This document shows positions 17,145 through 27,048 of a stretch of DNA of 39,975 bases, one piece after another (position 1 is the stretch's first letter; each line of letters starts with the position of its first letter). A program made the translations under genes and the position numbers. A model generated the notes under the pieces. It saw only the letters and a list, made by a program, of their open reading frames with translations. It did not search any database and was not told the DNA's origin. Source of the stretch: Lentisphaeria bacterium (GTDB taxonomy: Bacteria; Verrucomicrobiota; Lentisphaeria; JABSQK01; JAWLHB01); assembly GCA_041690595.1 (NCBI GenBank), contig JAWLHB010000010.1:186001-225975 (forward strand), in the 5' to 3' direction.

Positions 17145-18266
17145 TCAATGGTGGGAGAAGATGCGTTCGGGCGCGTGAAAGAGGCTGACACCAAGCTCAT
17201 TGGCCCGCTTGATCACCAGCGCATCCTTGATCGAACCGACCGGCGAGATGAAGGCTTTAACGCCGGCCTTTGCCGCGACTTCCACCGCATCCGGGAAGGG
17301 AAAGAAACCATCGCTCGACAGCACGGCCCCTTCGATCGTCTCCTCGCCTTCGTACTTCTCCTGAAACTTCCAGACGGCCTGTTCCACCGCGCCTACCCGG
17401 TCCTGCTCGCCAGTGCCGACGGCCAGCGTTACCCCATTCTTCACAATCACCACGCCGTTGGAGCGGACGCTCAGGTTCACATACCAGGCTGTCAGAAGAT
17501 CATCGAGCTGCTGGTCGCTCACGGCTGCGCTCGACACCTGATCGCCCTCGTCCTTCGCTGTGGCTGTCGCCCGCTTGAGATCATCCAGGCCCCGCACGTG
17601 CGTCAACAGCGGCTCCGCCACCACCAGCGAACCATCCGCCAGCACCTTCAGTGTACGCGCATGGCGCGCATCGTCACCAACGTATTTCGGCAGGGACGCC
17701 ACGTCCGCCACCTTGATCACGCGCATCTGCTTGTTCAGCTTGAACCGCTCCTGGTCATTGAAAACACCTAACGCCTGGGCCGTATACGACGGCGCCACCA
17801 CGCACTCCACAAAGGTGCTCATGATCTCTTCCGCGGTAGCCTCGTCCACTTCCGTATTGAAGGCGACTACGCTGCCGAAGGCCGCGCGCGGATCGCACTG
17901 ACGCGCCTTCACGTACACGTCACGCTGGCTCTCCCCTTCCACCGCAACCGCGACACCACAGGGGTTCACATGCTTCATGCAGGCACACGCCGGCTTCACG
18001 AAAAACTTGATGATATTGAGCGAGTAGGAGATGTCTTCAAGGTTCGTCTGCGACAGTCCGCTCTTGCCGCTCTTCAGCATTTCCATCCCGGCAATCGGGC
18101 AAACCACGTCGACGGGTCTATAGTAAGAGGATGGCTGATGCGGGTTGGTGCCGTAACGAAGATCCTCCACTTTCACGTAGCGGCGACCGAGCACCTCCAT
18201 TTCATCGGGAAAGTCGCCGACATTCCGGGACAAGTAGCTTTGGCGGGAGAGTTTTTGCTCGCTCAT
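17145..18266 (-). CDS. purH: PurH-like AICAR transformylase domain protein lacking the N-terminal IMP cyclohydrolase domain
   Basis: LRYGTNPHQ at about residue 37, KHVNPCG, AAFG, RSNGVV, SDGFFPFPD, ERIFSH; only 373 aa. Confidence 0.8.
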   Translation of the reverse strand: MSEQKLSRQSYLSRNVGDFPDEMEVLGRRYVKVEDLRYGTNPHQPSSYYRPVDVVCPIAGMEMLKSGKSGLSQTNLEDISYSLNIIKFFVKPACACMKHVNPCGVAVAVEGESQRDVYVKARQCDPRAAFGSVVAFNTEVDEATAEEIMSTFVECVVAPSYTAQALGVFNDQERFKLNKQMRVIKVADVASLPKYVGDDARHARTLKVLADGSLVVAEPLLTHVRGLDDLKRATATAKDEGDQVSSAAVSDQQLDDLLTAWYVNLSVRSNGVVIVKNGVTLAVGTGEQDRVGAVEQAVWKFQEKYEGEETIEGAVLSSDGFFPFPDAVEVAAKAGVKAFISPVGSIKDALVIKRANELGVSLFHAPERIFSHH

Positions 18267-18469
18267 GATGATCGAACCTCGTTATGGCGTCTTGGTCAGA
18301 CTGGATATTTATTTCGTCGAGGATGAATACTTGCCGTCGAAGTGGCGTCTAAATGTGCACAAAGAGTGACTTGGCAAAGTAGGCGTTGCCCCCGCGGATT
18401 TCAACTTCATCACGTCAATTTGCCGCCATGCGGCTCACGATACCACCCACCATGCAATCGGAGACCTCC

Positions 18470-19114
18470 ATGATCCCATCCACTTGGCGAACCTGTCTCG
18501 TCCTGGCTGCGGCACTGCCGCTCTTTGTTGCCTGCACCACCCATCGCACCGACGTGCGCAATGAACCCAGCCAGCGACCGTCTCGATACCTCGATCCAGC
18601 CACCGCGACTCCCGGTTCTCCCGGCAGCATCGGCATGGAATCGCAGGATATCGTCTCCATGACCGATGAGATCATGCGCGACATGCTCGCCAACCCGATC
18701 ATCAATCGCCAGGAGAAGCCCGCGGTCATCGTCATGGACGCGGAGTACTTCACCAACGACAGCTCTCAGCGGATGAACAAGCGGCTCATCGTCGATCGCT
18801 TGCGCAACGAGCTTTTCCGCGCCGCCAACGGCAGATTGCGTTTCATCTCGCGCGAACAGCAGCAGATGGTCGACGAAGAGCAGGCCAAGCGCACCACCGG
18901 ACAGGTCGATGGCTCCCCACGCATTACCTTCCCCACTGCCGACTATCGCCTCAGCGGCCGTTTCCAGGATCTGCGTGGGGGCGATGTTCAGGGCAATCGG
19001 GACAGCTATATGCAGGTGCTCTTCGAGATGATCGATCTCAACAGCGGCGAACTGGTCTACAGCGGTATGCACGAGTTCAAGAAATCCGCTTACGAGTCGA
19101 TTATCTATCAATAA
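18470..19114 (+). CDS. LpoB/CsgG-like lipoprotein
   Basis: Lipobox FVAC; C-terminal ADYRLSG...MIDLNSGELVYS pattern of the LpoB/CsgG fold; GGAG RBS before ATG 18470. Confidence 0.7.
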   Translation: MIPSTWRTCLVLAAALPLFVACTTHRTDVRNEPSQRPSRYLDPATATPGSPGSIGMESQDIVSMTDEIMRDMLANPIINRQEKPAVIVMDAEYFTNDSSQRMNKRLIVDRLRNELFRAANGRLRFISREQQQMVDEEQAKRTTGQVDGSPRITFPTADYRLSGRFQDLRGGDVQGNRDSYMQVLFEMIDLNSGELVYSGMHEFKKSAYESIIYQ

Positions 19115-19126
19115 CCGGCGACTCTC

Positions 19127-20365
19127 ATGAAGGCAGCAGTGATCATGGCCATGATGGGCATCGGCATGTGGTTGGCAGGTGGGTGTGCAAGCACCCCAGC
19201 CTATCGGCCCATGCCCCAGATTATGGTGGAGGACAAGCCCACCGAGTTGCAGCCCGGCTACCAGGCTCTCAATCAGGAAGGGCAGCGAAATTATGTGCTC
19301 AATCAGGTCGAGCTGGGAATCGATGCTCTGCAGTTGGGCAAGCATGAGCTGGCCCGCGAGGCACTGGATGCCGCCCTAAATGAGATCGAGGTTGTCTGGG
19401 GAAGCGCTCGCGGCGCGCGCGATGCCCGCCGCGTCTGGTTCTCCGAAGGACGCAAGATCTTCAAGGGGGAAGCCTACGAACGCGCCATGGCCTATTACTA
19501 TCGGGGATTGCTCTACATCATGGCGAACGATCTGGAAAATGCCCGCGCCTGCTTCCGCTCCGGTATCTTCCAGGATGCCTTCGCCGAGGAGGAACAGCAC
19601 CGCTCCGATCTTGCTTCATTCTATTACCTTGAAGCTTGGTGCTCCCTCATGCTGAACGATAATGTCGCAGCGTCCGAACCCTTGCGCTGGCTCGCCCAAA
19701 TCCGTCCGGATGCCCCCCCGCCGACCGCGGCCGACAATTTGCTCATCATCGGCGAGTCCGGTTCCGCTCCAGTCAAGCTGGCCGCTGGACAGGGCGGCGC
19801 CGCGTTGACCTACCGGCGCGGTGCCGGGCGGCGCGACGTCAGCGTTACCGCCAAGGTCAACAACCGCGTCGTCACCCTCTATCCAGCCGAAGATCTCTTC
19901 TGGCAGGCAAGTACCCGTGGCGGGCGTCCCATCGACTATATCCTGCAGGACAAGGTCGTTTTCAAGGAGAGATGGGAGGCGGCGGGATCCTCGCTGACTA
20001 ACCTTGGGCTCGCCGGCATCCTCATCGGCAGCCAACTCGGCGGTTCCGGCAACCGCGACAAGACGATGGGCGTCGGCGCCGGTCTGGCCGCTATTGGCAT
20101 CATTGCCGGTGCGGTCGCCGACAAGGTGCAGCCCCAGGCAGACACCCGCCGCATCCGCAATTTTCCAGATACGCTGCACGTGATCGCCATGCCCGCGGAG
20201 CCAGGCAGCCATCACGTGCGCGTCGAGTTCAAGTCCGATGCCGGGGCGACCTACGATACTGTCGAGAAGGAGGTCACGGTGCCCGCCCCGCGCTCCCCCA
20301 ATGTGGTCTGGACTCGTCCAGCCACAACGATTGTCTCCGGTCGATACTACAACCAGGATTACTGA
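19127..20365 (+). CDS. TPR-like lipoprotein (COG3014-like)
   Basis: Lipobox AGGC; FKGEAYERAM..YY.GL.Y, G.APVK, QADTR..RNFP..L motifs. Confidence 0.7.
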   Translation: MKAAVIMAMMGIGMWLAGGCASTPAYRPMPQIMVEDKPTELQPGYQALNQEGQRNYVLNQVELGIDALQLGKHELAREALDAALNEIEVVWGSARGARDARRVWFSEGRKIFKGEAYERAMAYYYRGLLYIMANDLENARACFRSGIFQDAFAEEEQHRSDLASFYYLEAWCSLMLNDNVAASEPLRWLAQIRPDAPPPTAADNLLIIGESGSAPVKLAAGQGGAALTYRRGAGRRDVSVTAKVNNRVVTLYPAEDLFWQASTRGGRPIDYILQDKVVFKERWEAAGSSLTNLGLAGILIGSQLGGSGNRDKTMGVGAGLAAIGIIAGAVADKVQPQADTRRIRNFPDTLHVIAMPAEPGSHHVRVEFKSDAGATYDTVEKEVTVPAPRSPNVVWTRPATTIVSGRYYNQDY

Positions 20366-20375
20366 AGGTATGCGT

Positions 20376-20801
20376 ATGAGAACACTCCACATCGCGCTTC
20401 TATTGCTCACGGCTCTCGTCTTGTCCGCCTGCACCAGATGGAGAATCCAGGAAGGCACCCATGCGCCCGTTCGGGTCGATACACCCGACACCAAGGTCCG
20501 CTACAACAATGTGGGGCTGACTGACGATTCTCTCTACGGCAAGATCGCCGTCGAGGCCACCAATTGGCATAAGAATCCCACCGGCACCGCCCAGGTTTGG
20601 GCGCAACTGCGCAATCGTACCGACTTCCGCCTCGGCATTGAGGCCCGCACCCAGTTCTTCGACATGCATGGCGCCCCGCTGGATAAGCCGAGCGGCTGGG
20701 AGCGGCTCTTCCTGAGCCCCAACACCATCACCACCTATCGTGAAAACGCCACCGATCCGAACACCGCTTTCTACTACATCGAAGTACGGGAGGCCCGTTG
20801 A
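20376..20801 (+). CDS. YcfL-family (DUF1425-like) lipoprotein
   Basis: Lipobox LSAC; LRNRT...QFFD..G...W..LFL.P pattern; start 20376 or 20370, not 20238. Confidence 0.7.
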   Translation: MRTLHIALLLLTALVLSACTRWRIQEGTHAPVRVDTPDTKVRYNNVGLTDDSLYGKIAVEATNWHKNPTGTAQVWAQLRNRTDFRLGIEARTQFFDMHGAPLDKPSGWERLFLSPNTITTYRENATDPNTAFYYIEVREAR

Positions 20802-20947
20802 TGAAGATCCGTCACATCCTCTTTGCCCTGCTGCTGGCTTTCGTCGCCACCAGTTGCCACTCTGTTTATCATGAAGAGGATACCCCGCCCGGCGATCCCC
20901 TCGTCATGCCGATGGAACCGGGACCGGGCAACCCTCTCAGTCGTTGA
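20801..20947 (+). CDS. Small 48-aa lipoprotein, not in the ORF track
   Basis: MKIRHILFALLLAFVATSCHSVYHEEDTPPGDPLVMPMEPGPGNPLSR*; GGGAGG RBS, TGATG coupling with the upstream gene, lipobox ATSC. Confidence 0.75.
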   Translation: MKIRHILFALLLAFVATSCHSVYHEEDTPPGDPLVMPMEPGPGNPLSR

Positions 20948-20993
20948 GTGTCTAATACGTGAGCATCGTCAAACGTCAACTTACGGAGGTCTC

Positions 20994-21299
20994 ATGAGAA
21001 GCCGTATACATAAATTCAGGATCTTTCTCGCCATGGCCGCTGTCGTCCTCGGCCTGGCGGTCAGCGGCTGCACGAGCAGCACAGTCAACACCAAACGCGG
21101 TACGGCCATTGGCGCGGGTGCCGGCGCTATCCTTGGCGGCATCATCGGCCATCAATCCGGCCGCGGACTTGAAGGCGCGGCTATCGGCGCCGGCGCCGGG
21201 GCCATCCTCGGTGGCGTTACCGGCAGCGCCCAGGACGAAAAGGTCGATCGTCAGAGTTCCTATGGCGATGACCGCTATCGTACCTACCCGAATCGCTGA
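20994..21299 (+). CDS. Glycine-zipper lipoprotein
   Basis: GGAGG RBS; lipobox VSGC; GTAIGAGAGAILGGIIG...GAAIGAGAGAILGG. Confidence 0.85.
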   Translation: MRSRIHKFRIFLAMAAVVLGLAVSGCTSSTVNTKRGTAIGAGAGAILGGIIGHQSGRGLEGAAIGAGAGAILGGVTGSAQDEKVDRQSSYGDDRYRTYPNR

Positions 21300-21314
21300 A
21301 CATTCCCCAACCCG

Positions 21315-21355
21315 AAAGGCCCCGACGCTTCACGCGCCGGGGCCTTTTTGTTTTC
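21315..21355 (+). terminator. Intrinsic terminator closing the lipoprotein operon
   Basis: AAAGGCCCCG...CGGGGCCTTTTTGTTTT. Confidence 0.8.
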
Positions 21356-21536
21356 TGCTCCCGCCTTCCTTCACAATAGCGACAGCCTTGGCAGCGCGAT
21401 TCTCTGCCTGATCGCCCATGGCTCGCCCCCTGGTTTGGCTTTCGCTTGAAGAAGATCCTAAAGTAGGCAAACGAGCATCCCGAACGGCACGTCGGTGCCC
21501 TACACCAAGCCTGATCATCTAGAAGTACGAGGTTCG

Positions 21537-22580
21537 ATGAAGACCGCATTAATTACCGGAATCACCGGTCAGGATGGTTCCTATCTGGCAGAACTCCTCC
21601 TCAAGAAGGGCTACATCGTGCATGGTATCATTCGCCGGGCCAGCACCTTCAATACCCACCGGATCGACCACCTTTATACCGATCCCCACAATGATACCCG
21701 CCTCTTCCTCCACTATGGCGACCTGACCGATACCAGCAACCTCAATCGGCTTCTGGAGAAAACCAAGCCCGACGAGATCTACAACCTCGGCGCTCAATCG
21801 CACGTCAAGGTCTCCTTCGAGTTGCCAGAGTATACCGCGGAGACCTCCGCCATTGGTACGCTGAGGCTGCTTGACGCCATCCGCGATACCGGCATCAACA
21901 CCCGCTTCTACCAGGCCTCCACCTCCGAACTCTTCGGCAAGGTTCAGGAAGTGCCCCAGCGCGAAACCACCCCCTTCTATCCGCGCTCTCCCTACGCCGT
22001 CGCCAAGCTCTACGCCTACTGGATCGTCGTCAACTACCGCGAAGCCTACAACCTCTTCGCCTCCAACGGTATCCTCTTCAACCACGAATCCCCGCGCCGT
22101 GGCGAAACCTTCGTCACCCGCAAGATTACCCGCGCCGCCGCTCGCATCCGCGAAGGACTGGAAAGCTGCCTCTACATCGGTAACATTAACGCCCAGCGCG
22201 ACTGGGGTTATGCACCCGATTATGTCGAAGGGATGTGGCGCATGCTTCAGCACGAAGAGCCCGACGACTTTGTCCTCGCCACCGGCGAGATGCACACTGT
22301 CCGCGAATTCATCGAACATGCATTCCGCCTCCTCGACATGCACATCGAATGGCAGGGCGAAGGCATCGACGAGGTCGGCATCGACCGCAACACCGGCAAC
22401 ACCATCATCCGCATCGACCGTTCCTACTACCGGCCCACCGAGGTCGAGCAGCTCCTCGGCGATCCCGGCAAGGCCCTGCGCAAACTCGGCTGGAAGCCCT
22501 CCGTTACCTTCAGCCGACTCGTCGAAATCATGACGGAGGCGGACCATGATGCCGTGCGCAACGGCAAGGAGAGAGTATGA
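21537..22580 (+). CDS. gmd: GDP-mannose 4,6-dehydratase
   Basis: [49 protein letters not shown]. Confidence 0.97.
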   Translation: MKTALITGITGQDGSYLAELLLKKGYIVHGIIRRASTFNTHRIDHLYTDPHNDTRLFLHYGDLTDTSNLNRLLEKTKPDEIYNLGAQSHVKVSFELPEYTAETSAIGTLRLLDAIRDTGINTRFYQASTSELFGKVQEVPQRETTPFYPRSPYAVAKLYAYWIVVNYREAYNLFASNGILFNHESPRRGETFVTRKITRAAARIREGLESCLYIGNINAQRDWGYAPDYVEGMWRMLQHEEPDDFVLATGEMHTVREFIEHAFRLLDMHIEWQGEGIDEVGIDRNTGNTIIRIDRSYYRPTEVEQLLGDPGKALRKLGWKPSVTFSRLVEIMTEADHDAVRNGKERV

Positions 22581-23566
22581 GCACCTTCTGGCACAATCAA
22601 CGGATTGTCGTGACTGGCGGCAGCGGATTCCTCGGCTCCTTTGTCGTCGAGCATTTGAAAGAGCGTGGCTGTGCCGACATTCTGGTGCCGCGCCATGCGG
22701 AGTACGACCTGATCCAGCTCACCGCCATCCAACGCATGTATCGCGACATGCGGCCCGATATCGTCATCCATCTCGCCGCCGACGTTGGCGGCATCGGCGC
22801 CAACCGCGACAACCCCGGCTCCTTCTTCTACAACAACCTGATGATGGGGGTGCAGCTGATCGAGCAGGCCCGCCTCCACGGTACCCGCAAATTCGTCGCC
22901 ATCGGCACTGTCTGTGCATACCCCAAGCATACGCCGGTTCCCTTCAGCGAGGATGCCATCTGGGATGGCTATCCGGAAGAGACCAACGCCCCTTACGGGC
23001 TGGCCAAGAAGATGATGCTCGTGCAATGCCAGGCCTACCGTCAGCAGTACGGCTTCAACGGCATCTATCTGCTCCCCGTCAATCTCTATGGTCCGCGCGA
23101 CGACTTCAACCTCCACAGCTCACATGTCATCCCGGCCCTCATCCGCAAATGCCTCGCGGCCAGGGATCAGGGACTCGACTACCTCGAGTTGTGGGGAACC
23201 GGCAAGGCATCGCGTGAGTTCCTCTACGTCGAGGATGCCGCACGCGCCATCCTGGATGCCACCGAACGCTACGATGGCGACAAACCGGTCAACCTCGGCT
23301 CCGGCTTCGAGATCACTATCGCCGATCTCGCTCACCGCATTGCCGACATCTGCGGCTTTCCCGGACAACTCCGCTTCGATCCCGACATGCCCGATGGACA
23401 ACCGCGCCGCTGCCTCGACACCCAACGCGCCAGCGACCTCTTCGGCTTCAAGGCCAGCACCGATCTCGATGACGGTCTTCGCCGCACCGTCGACTGGTAT
23501 CAGCGCCATCGCCATGCCGCCCCAGACGGGGGTGTCGTTCAGGAGAGGCAGGTCACCGAAACATAG
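22577..23566 (+). CDS. fcl: GDP-L-fucose synthase
   Basis: [54 protein letters not shown] overlap with gmd. Confidence 0.93.
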   Translation: MSTFWHNQRIVVTGGSGFLGSFVVEHLKERGCADILVPRHAEYDLIQLTAIQRMYRDMRPDIVIHLAADVGGIGANRDNPGSFFYNNLMMGVQLIEQARLHGTRKFVAIGTVCAYPKHTPVPFSEDAIWDGYPEETNAPYGLAKKMMLVQCQAYRQQYGFNGIYLLPVNLYGPRDDFNLHSSHVIPALIRKCLAARDQGLDYLELWGTGKASREFLYVEDAARAILDATERYDGDKPVNLGSGFEITIADLAHRIADICGFPGQLRFDPDMPDGQPRRCLDTQRASDLFGFKASTDLDDGLRRTVDWYQRHRHAAPDGGVVQERQVTET

Positions 23567-25269
23567 TAGGCACCACATTCCGCCCCGTTCTTATCCACGA
23601 ACCAGGCGTCAAGGGTGGTCACACCCGTCTCCGTCAGTTCCAGTTCCATGCTGACCATCCGATCGCCATTCCGGATTCCGGCGAACTGCTCCTGATCGAA
23701 GATCTTCAGACGCGCCTTCACCGGCGACATTGCCACGCCCGCCTTGCCCGGATTCGGGTAGATCAACTGCTCCGCCAGCTCCGCCGACAACCCGGCATTC
23801 AGCGGCAGATCCAGCTCCTCCGGCCACCGCCGCAACTCGAACCGATAGCGCCCCGCCCGCTCCACATCCACGCACCAACTGCCGCATGCCGGCTGGGCCT
23901 GCGCAATCGCACTCTGGTGCCACGCCACATCGCCCATCACATCCATGCTGTCCAGACGCGCCGGATTCTCCGCCGCATTGCCCAGCGAAATCGGACAGTA
24001 TGTCGCCAGCTCCGGCGAAACCTCTCGCCACCACTGCTCATGGGCATGACGCAACCGCATGACCACGTGCAGGTGCTCCGCCGCCACATTGTGACGCTGC
24101 CCGGGATCGCGCTTGATGTCGTAAAGCTCACTTCCGTGAATCAGCCGCCATTGACGGGTCAGCACCGCATTCTCCCACTTCTCCGGCGGTTTCGTGTTCT
24201 GCCGGTACTGCAGGAACTGAATGCGATCCTCCGCCAGCGATTCCGTCTCCCCCCGCAGCAACGGCGCCAGACTCTCTCCGTCGAAGGTAAGATCCTCGGG
24301 CGTTGTAAGACCGCAAAGCTCCACAAAAGTCGGCAGCAGGTCGATGTGCAGAGCCATCTCGTTCACCGTGCGCCCGCCGCCGATATTACCCTCCGGCCAG
24401 CGGATGAAGAACGGCACCCGATGGCCGCCATCGTAATAGGAGGCCTTCATCCCACGCATGCCGGCATTGTAACCGCGTACAAGGTGCCCCTGACGGTCCA
24501 ACTCTGCCGCTCCCGAGCTTCCGTTGTCCGTCATGAAGATCACGATCGTCTGATCCGCTATCCCCCACGTATCCAGGTGCGACAGGAGCTGACCGAAATT
24601 CTCGTCGATATTGGTAATCATGCCATAGAACGCCGGCTCGCAGATCTCCGGAATCTGCTCGTAAGGCTGCCGGTACTTCTCGGCCACCAGATACGGCGTG
24701 TGCGGCGCATTCGTCGAGATGTAGGCGAAGAATGGCTCCTCGCGGTGTGCATCGATCCACTTCAGCGCCTCCGAAAACCAGATGTCCGTGCAATACCCTT
24801 CATGCGTCACCGGCTCGCCGTTGTGGAAATACGTATCATCGAAGTAGTTGTTGCCCCAGAAGTCCGACGTTTGCCCGACGCCGCCGCCCTTGTGCGCCAC
24901 CACATGCTGAAAGCCCCGGTCCTGCGGACGATAGGGATAGTTGTCGCCCAGATGCCATTTCCCGAACATGCCGGTCGCATAGCCACTCTCCGCAAAAATC
25001 CGCGGCATCATGACTTCATCCCGTCGCACCAGCGCCCGGCCCCATGTCGTTGCCCACGCGCCATTGCGGACCGGCCGATGCCCCGTCATGATGGCTCCGC
25101 GAGTCGGCGTGCAAAGCGGCGACACATGAAAATCCTCGCAACGCACCGCCTCGCGGCTGAACGCATCGATATTGGACGTCTGAATCCACGGATTTCCCGT
25201 ACATCCCAGATCCGCATACCCCTGGTCGTCCGTCATTACCAGAATCACATTCGGCCGCTTCACCATCAC
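23539..25269 (-). CDS. Arylsulfatase (formylglycine-dependent, S1 family)
   Basis: [18 protein letters not shown] (CxPxR), GKWHLG, TDNG, GGHRVP. Confidence 0.92.
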   Translation of the reverse strand: MMVKRPNVILVMTDDQGYADLGCTGNPWIQTSNIDAFSREAVRCEDFHVSPLCTPTRGAIMTGHRPVRNGAWATTWGRALVRRDEVMMPRIFAESGYATGMFGKWHLGDNYPYRPQDRGFQHVVAHKGGGVGQTSDFWGNNYFDDTYFHNGEPVTHEGYCTDIWFSEALKWIDAHREEPFFAYISTNAPHTPYLVAEKYRQPYEQIPEICEPAFYGMITNIDENFGQLLSHLDTWGIADQTIVIFMTDNGSSGAAELDRQGHLVRGYNAGMRGMKASYYDGGHRVPFFIRWPEGNIGGGRTVNEMALHIDLLPTFVELCGLTTPEDLTFDGESLAPLLRGETESLAEDRIQFLQYRQNTKPPEKWENAVLTRQWRLIHGSELYDIKRDPGQRHNVAAEHLHVVMRLRHAHEQWWREVSPELATYCPISLGNAAENPARLDSMDVMGDVAWHQSAIAQAQPACGSWCVDVERAGRYRFELRRWPEELDLPLNAGLSAELAEQLIYPNPGKAGVAMSPVKARLKIFDQEQFAGIRNGDRMVSMELELTETGVTTLDAWFVDKNGAECGAYYVSVTCLS

Positions 25270-25369
25270 CCCCTGTTCGTTGCGTTATCGGTACTCGCTC
25301 GCAACATACCTTCCTGTACCAGGGAATCCCAGTCCTGGCCGCTGAATTCTCCCGCCACTTTCCGCCGAC

Positions 25370-26533
25370 TCAGGCGGGGGAGCGGCCAGCGAGGAGGCGC
25401 TGGTAGTCCGCTTCGAGCGTGTCGACCATGGTGTGCCAGTCCCAGCGTTCACGGACATAGGCGCGGCCAGCAGTCCCCATGCCGCGGCGAAGCTCCGCGT
25501 CGTTGACCAGCCGGACCACCGCACTGGCGACGGCATCGACGTTTCGCGTCTCCACGAGCAGCCCGGTTTCGCCGTCCAGAATGACCTCGGGTGTGCCGTC
25601 TAATGGAAAGCCAATGGCAGGGATGCCACTGGCAAGAGCCTGCACCACGGTTCGCGGAAGCCCTTCGCGGAGCGAAAGATGCACGAGCAGATCCATCATC
25701 CCCGTGTATCTTGGTATGTCGCTCGGGGGAACGAGGCCGGTGAAGGTAACGCGCTCCGTCAACCCCTGCGCGGCGATCTCCGCTTCAAGCCAGGGGCGCA
25801 GCGTACCATCGCCCACAATCAGGAAGTGCGCCTTCGGGCATTGCGCGACAATGGCCGGCATCGCCGCCACAAAGTACTCATAACCCTTCAGCTCGAAAAG
25901 CCGCGCGATCTTGCCCACCACCACGGCATCCTCCGGAATCCCCAGCGCGCGGCCAAGTTCCGGATCCTTGTGCGCCTTCAGGTACGGCTCCAGTTCCATT
26001 CCACTATAGACGGTCTGGTACTTCTCCGCCGGCGCCACACGCGCCTCGATACACTGGTCAATCATCGCCTGCGCCACGGCATAGATCCGGTGACAGTGAC
26101 GGGCAGCCATACGCTCGGACTCTATGTAGATCCAATTCTTCCAGATTGCCTGGTAAGCATGAAAGGCCTGGCCATGCACCGTATGCACGACAACCGGTAC
26201 TCCAGCCTTGTCGGCGGCAAGCCGGCCAATGACTCCTGCCTTGGAACTGTGCGTATGCACAACGTCGAACTGGCGTTCTCGCAGCCACGATGTCAGTTCA
26301 CGCCAGGCACGGTAATCATGCAGCGGCGAAAGCGGGCGGATCAGGTGCGGCATGGTGACCACTTCCAGCCCATCGGGCCGATCGTGCTCGAGCAGCTTAC
26401 CCTCCGGCCCATCCGTCGGTCCGGTCACCAGCGTACACGCATGCCCATGTTCCAGATGGCCACGGCAGGTGAAAAGGGTATTCTCCTGCGCGCCCCCAAC
26501 GATCATGCGCGTGATGATATGGCAGATCTTCAT
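25370..26533 (-). CDS. Glycosyltransferase family 4
   Basis: GGAQENT, HTHSSKAG, HTVHG, LKG, REGLPR..VQALA. Confidence 0.9.
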   Translation of the reverse strand: MKICHIITRMIVGGAQENTLFTCRGHLEHGHACTLVTGPTDGPEGKLLEHDRPDGLEVVTMPHLIRPLSPLHDYRAWRELTSWLRERQFDVVHTHSSKAGVIGRLAADKAGVPVVVHTVHGQAFHAYQAIWKNWIYIESERMAARHCHRIYAVAQAMIDQCIEARVAPAEKYQTVYSGMELEPYLKAHKDPELGRALGIPEDAVVVGKIARLFELKGYEYFVAAMPAIVAQCPKAHFLIVGDGTLRPWLEAEIAAQGLTERVTFTGLVPPSDIPRYTGMMDLLVHLSLREGLPRTVVQALASGIPAIGFPLDGTPEVILDGETGLLVETRNVDAVASAVVRLVNDAELRRGMGTAGRAYVRERWDWHTMVDTLEADYQRLLAGRSPA

Positions 26534-26551
26534 CGTCTCCCCTCGTCGCCG

Positions 26552-26590
26552 AAAAACATAAACGGCCGGACTCCATTCGGAATCCGGCTG
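26552..26590 (-). terminator. Putative terminator downstream of tRNA-Leu
   Basis: Minus strand GCCGGATTCC-GAAT-GGAGTCCGGC followed by CGTTTATGTTTTT. Confidence 0.65.
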
Positions 26591-26594
26591 AAAA

Positions 26595-26682
26595 TGGTAC
26601 CGGAGGTGGGGGTCGAACCCACACTCCCTTTGGGGGAACTGGATTTTGAGTCCAGCGCGTCTGCCAATTCCGCCACTCCGGC
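26595..26682 (-). tRNA. tRNA-Leu(CAA)
   Basis: GCCGGAGTGGCGGAATTGGCAGACGCGCTGGACTCAAAATCCAG...GTGGGTTCGACCCCCACCTCCGGTACCA: D-loop GG, anticodon CAA, long variable arm, T-loop GTTCGA, encoded CCA. Confidence 0.96.
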
Positions 26683-26715
26683 CACTATCGGATCAGGATA
26701 GCCGAACTATGTCGC

Positions 26716-26877
26716 TCAACGCGAGCGCTTGGCCATGCGACGCTTAATCTCGCTGGGCTTCTCGTAGTAGCGCCGGTTGCGGATCTCTTTCAAGGTGCCT
26801 TCTTTATCCAGCTTTTTCTTGAGACGCCGCAGGGCCTTGTCGATGGGCTCGCCTTTCTTGAGTCGAATCTCAGACAT
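26716..26877 (-). CDS. rpsU: 30S ribosomal protein bS21 (53 aa; not in the ORF track)
   Basis: Manual translation MSEIRLKKGEPIDKALRRLKKKLDKEGTLKEIRNRRYYEKPSEIKRRMAKRSR; ALRRLK and YEKPS hallmarks. Confidence 0.95.
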   Translation of the reverse strand: MSEIRLKKGEPIDKALRRLKKKLDKEGTLKEIRNRRYYEKPSEIKRRMAKRSR

Positions 26878-26922
26878 AAGTTTCTTTTGCTATCCTTCTG
26901 GTTGAGTTGAAGAGGAATGGTT

Positions 26923-26950
26923 AGTATGGAACTCTTTGGTTCAAATGCAA
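26923..26950 (-). promoter_or_regulatory. Putative promoter for rpsU-tRNA-Leu
   Basis: Minus strand TTGCAT-N16-CATACT. Confidence 0.4.
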
Positions 26951-27048
26951 GCGCCTGTTTCACATTTCGTTTGCATTCCAAACCAGATACGCGAGAACCT
27001 CCCCGCCGGACGCGACGGGAAGGTTCTCCACACATGCTTTACCAAGTA

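Noticed and set aside
20823..20993. N-terminal extension of the Gly-zipper ORF given by the track
   Set aside because: RBS and signal peptide place the start at 20994; this stretch is better explained by the 48-aa lipoprotein in another frame.
18376..21468. 9-mer AAAGTAGGC upstream of both the lipoprotein operon (18376) and gmd (21460)
   Set aside because: Only two copies and not palindromic; chance cannot be excluded.
23539..23566. 28-bp convergent overlap of the fcl and sulfatase 3' ends; also abutting stops at 4544-4549
   Set aside because: Common compact-genome feature; no further signal.
26595..26682. tRNA-Leu as an island attachment site
   Set aside because: No integrase in the window and no duplicated tRNA 3' end noticed by eye.
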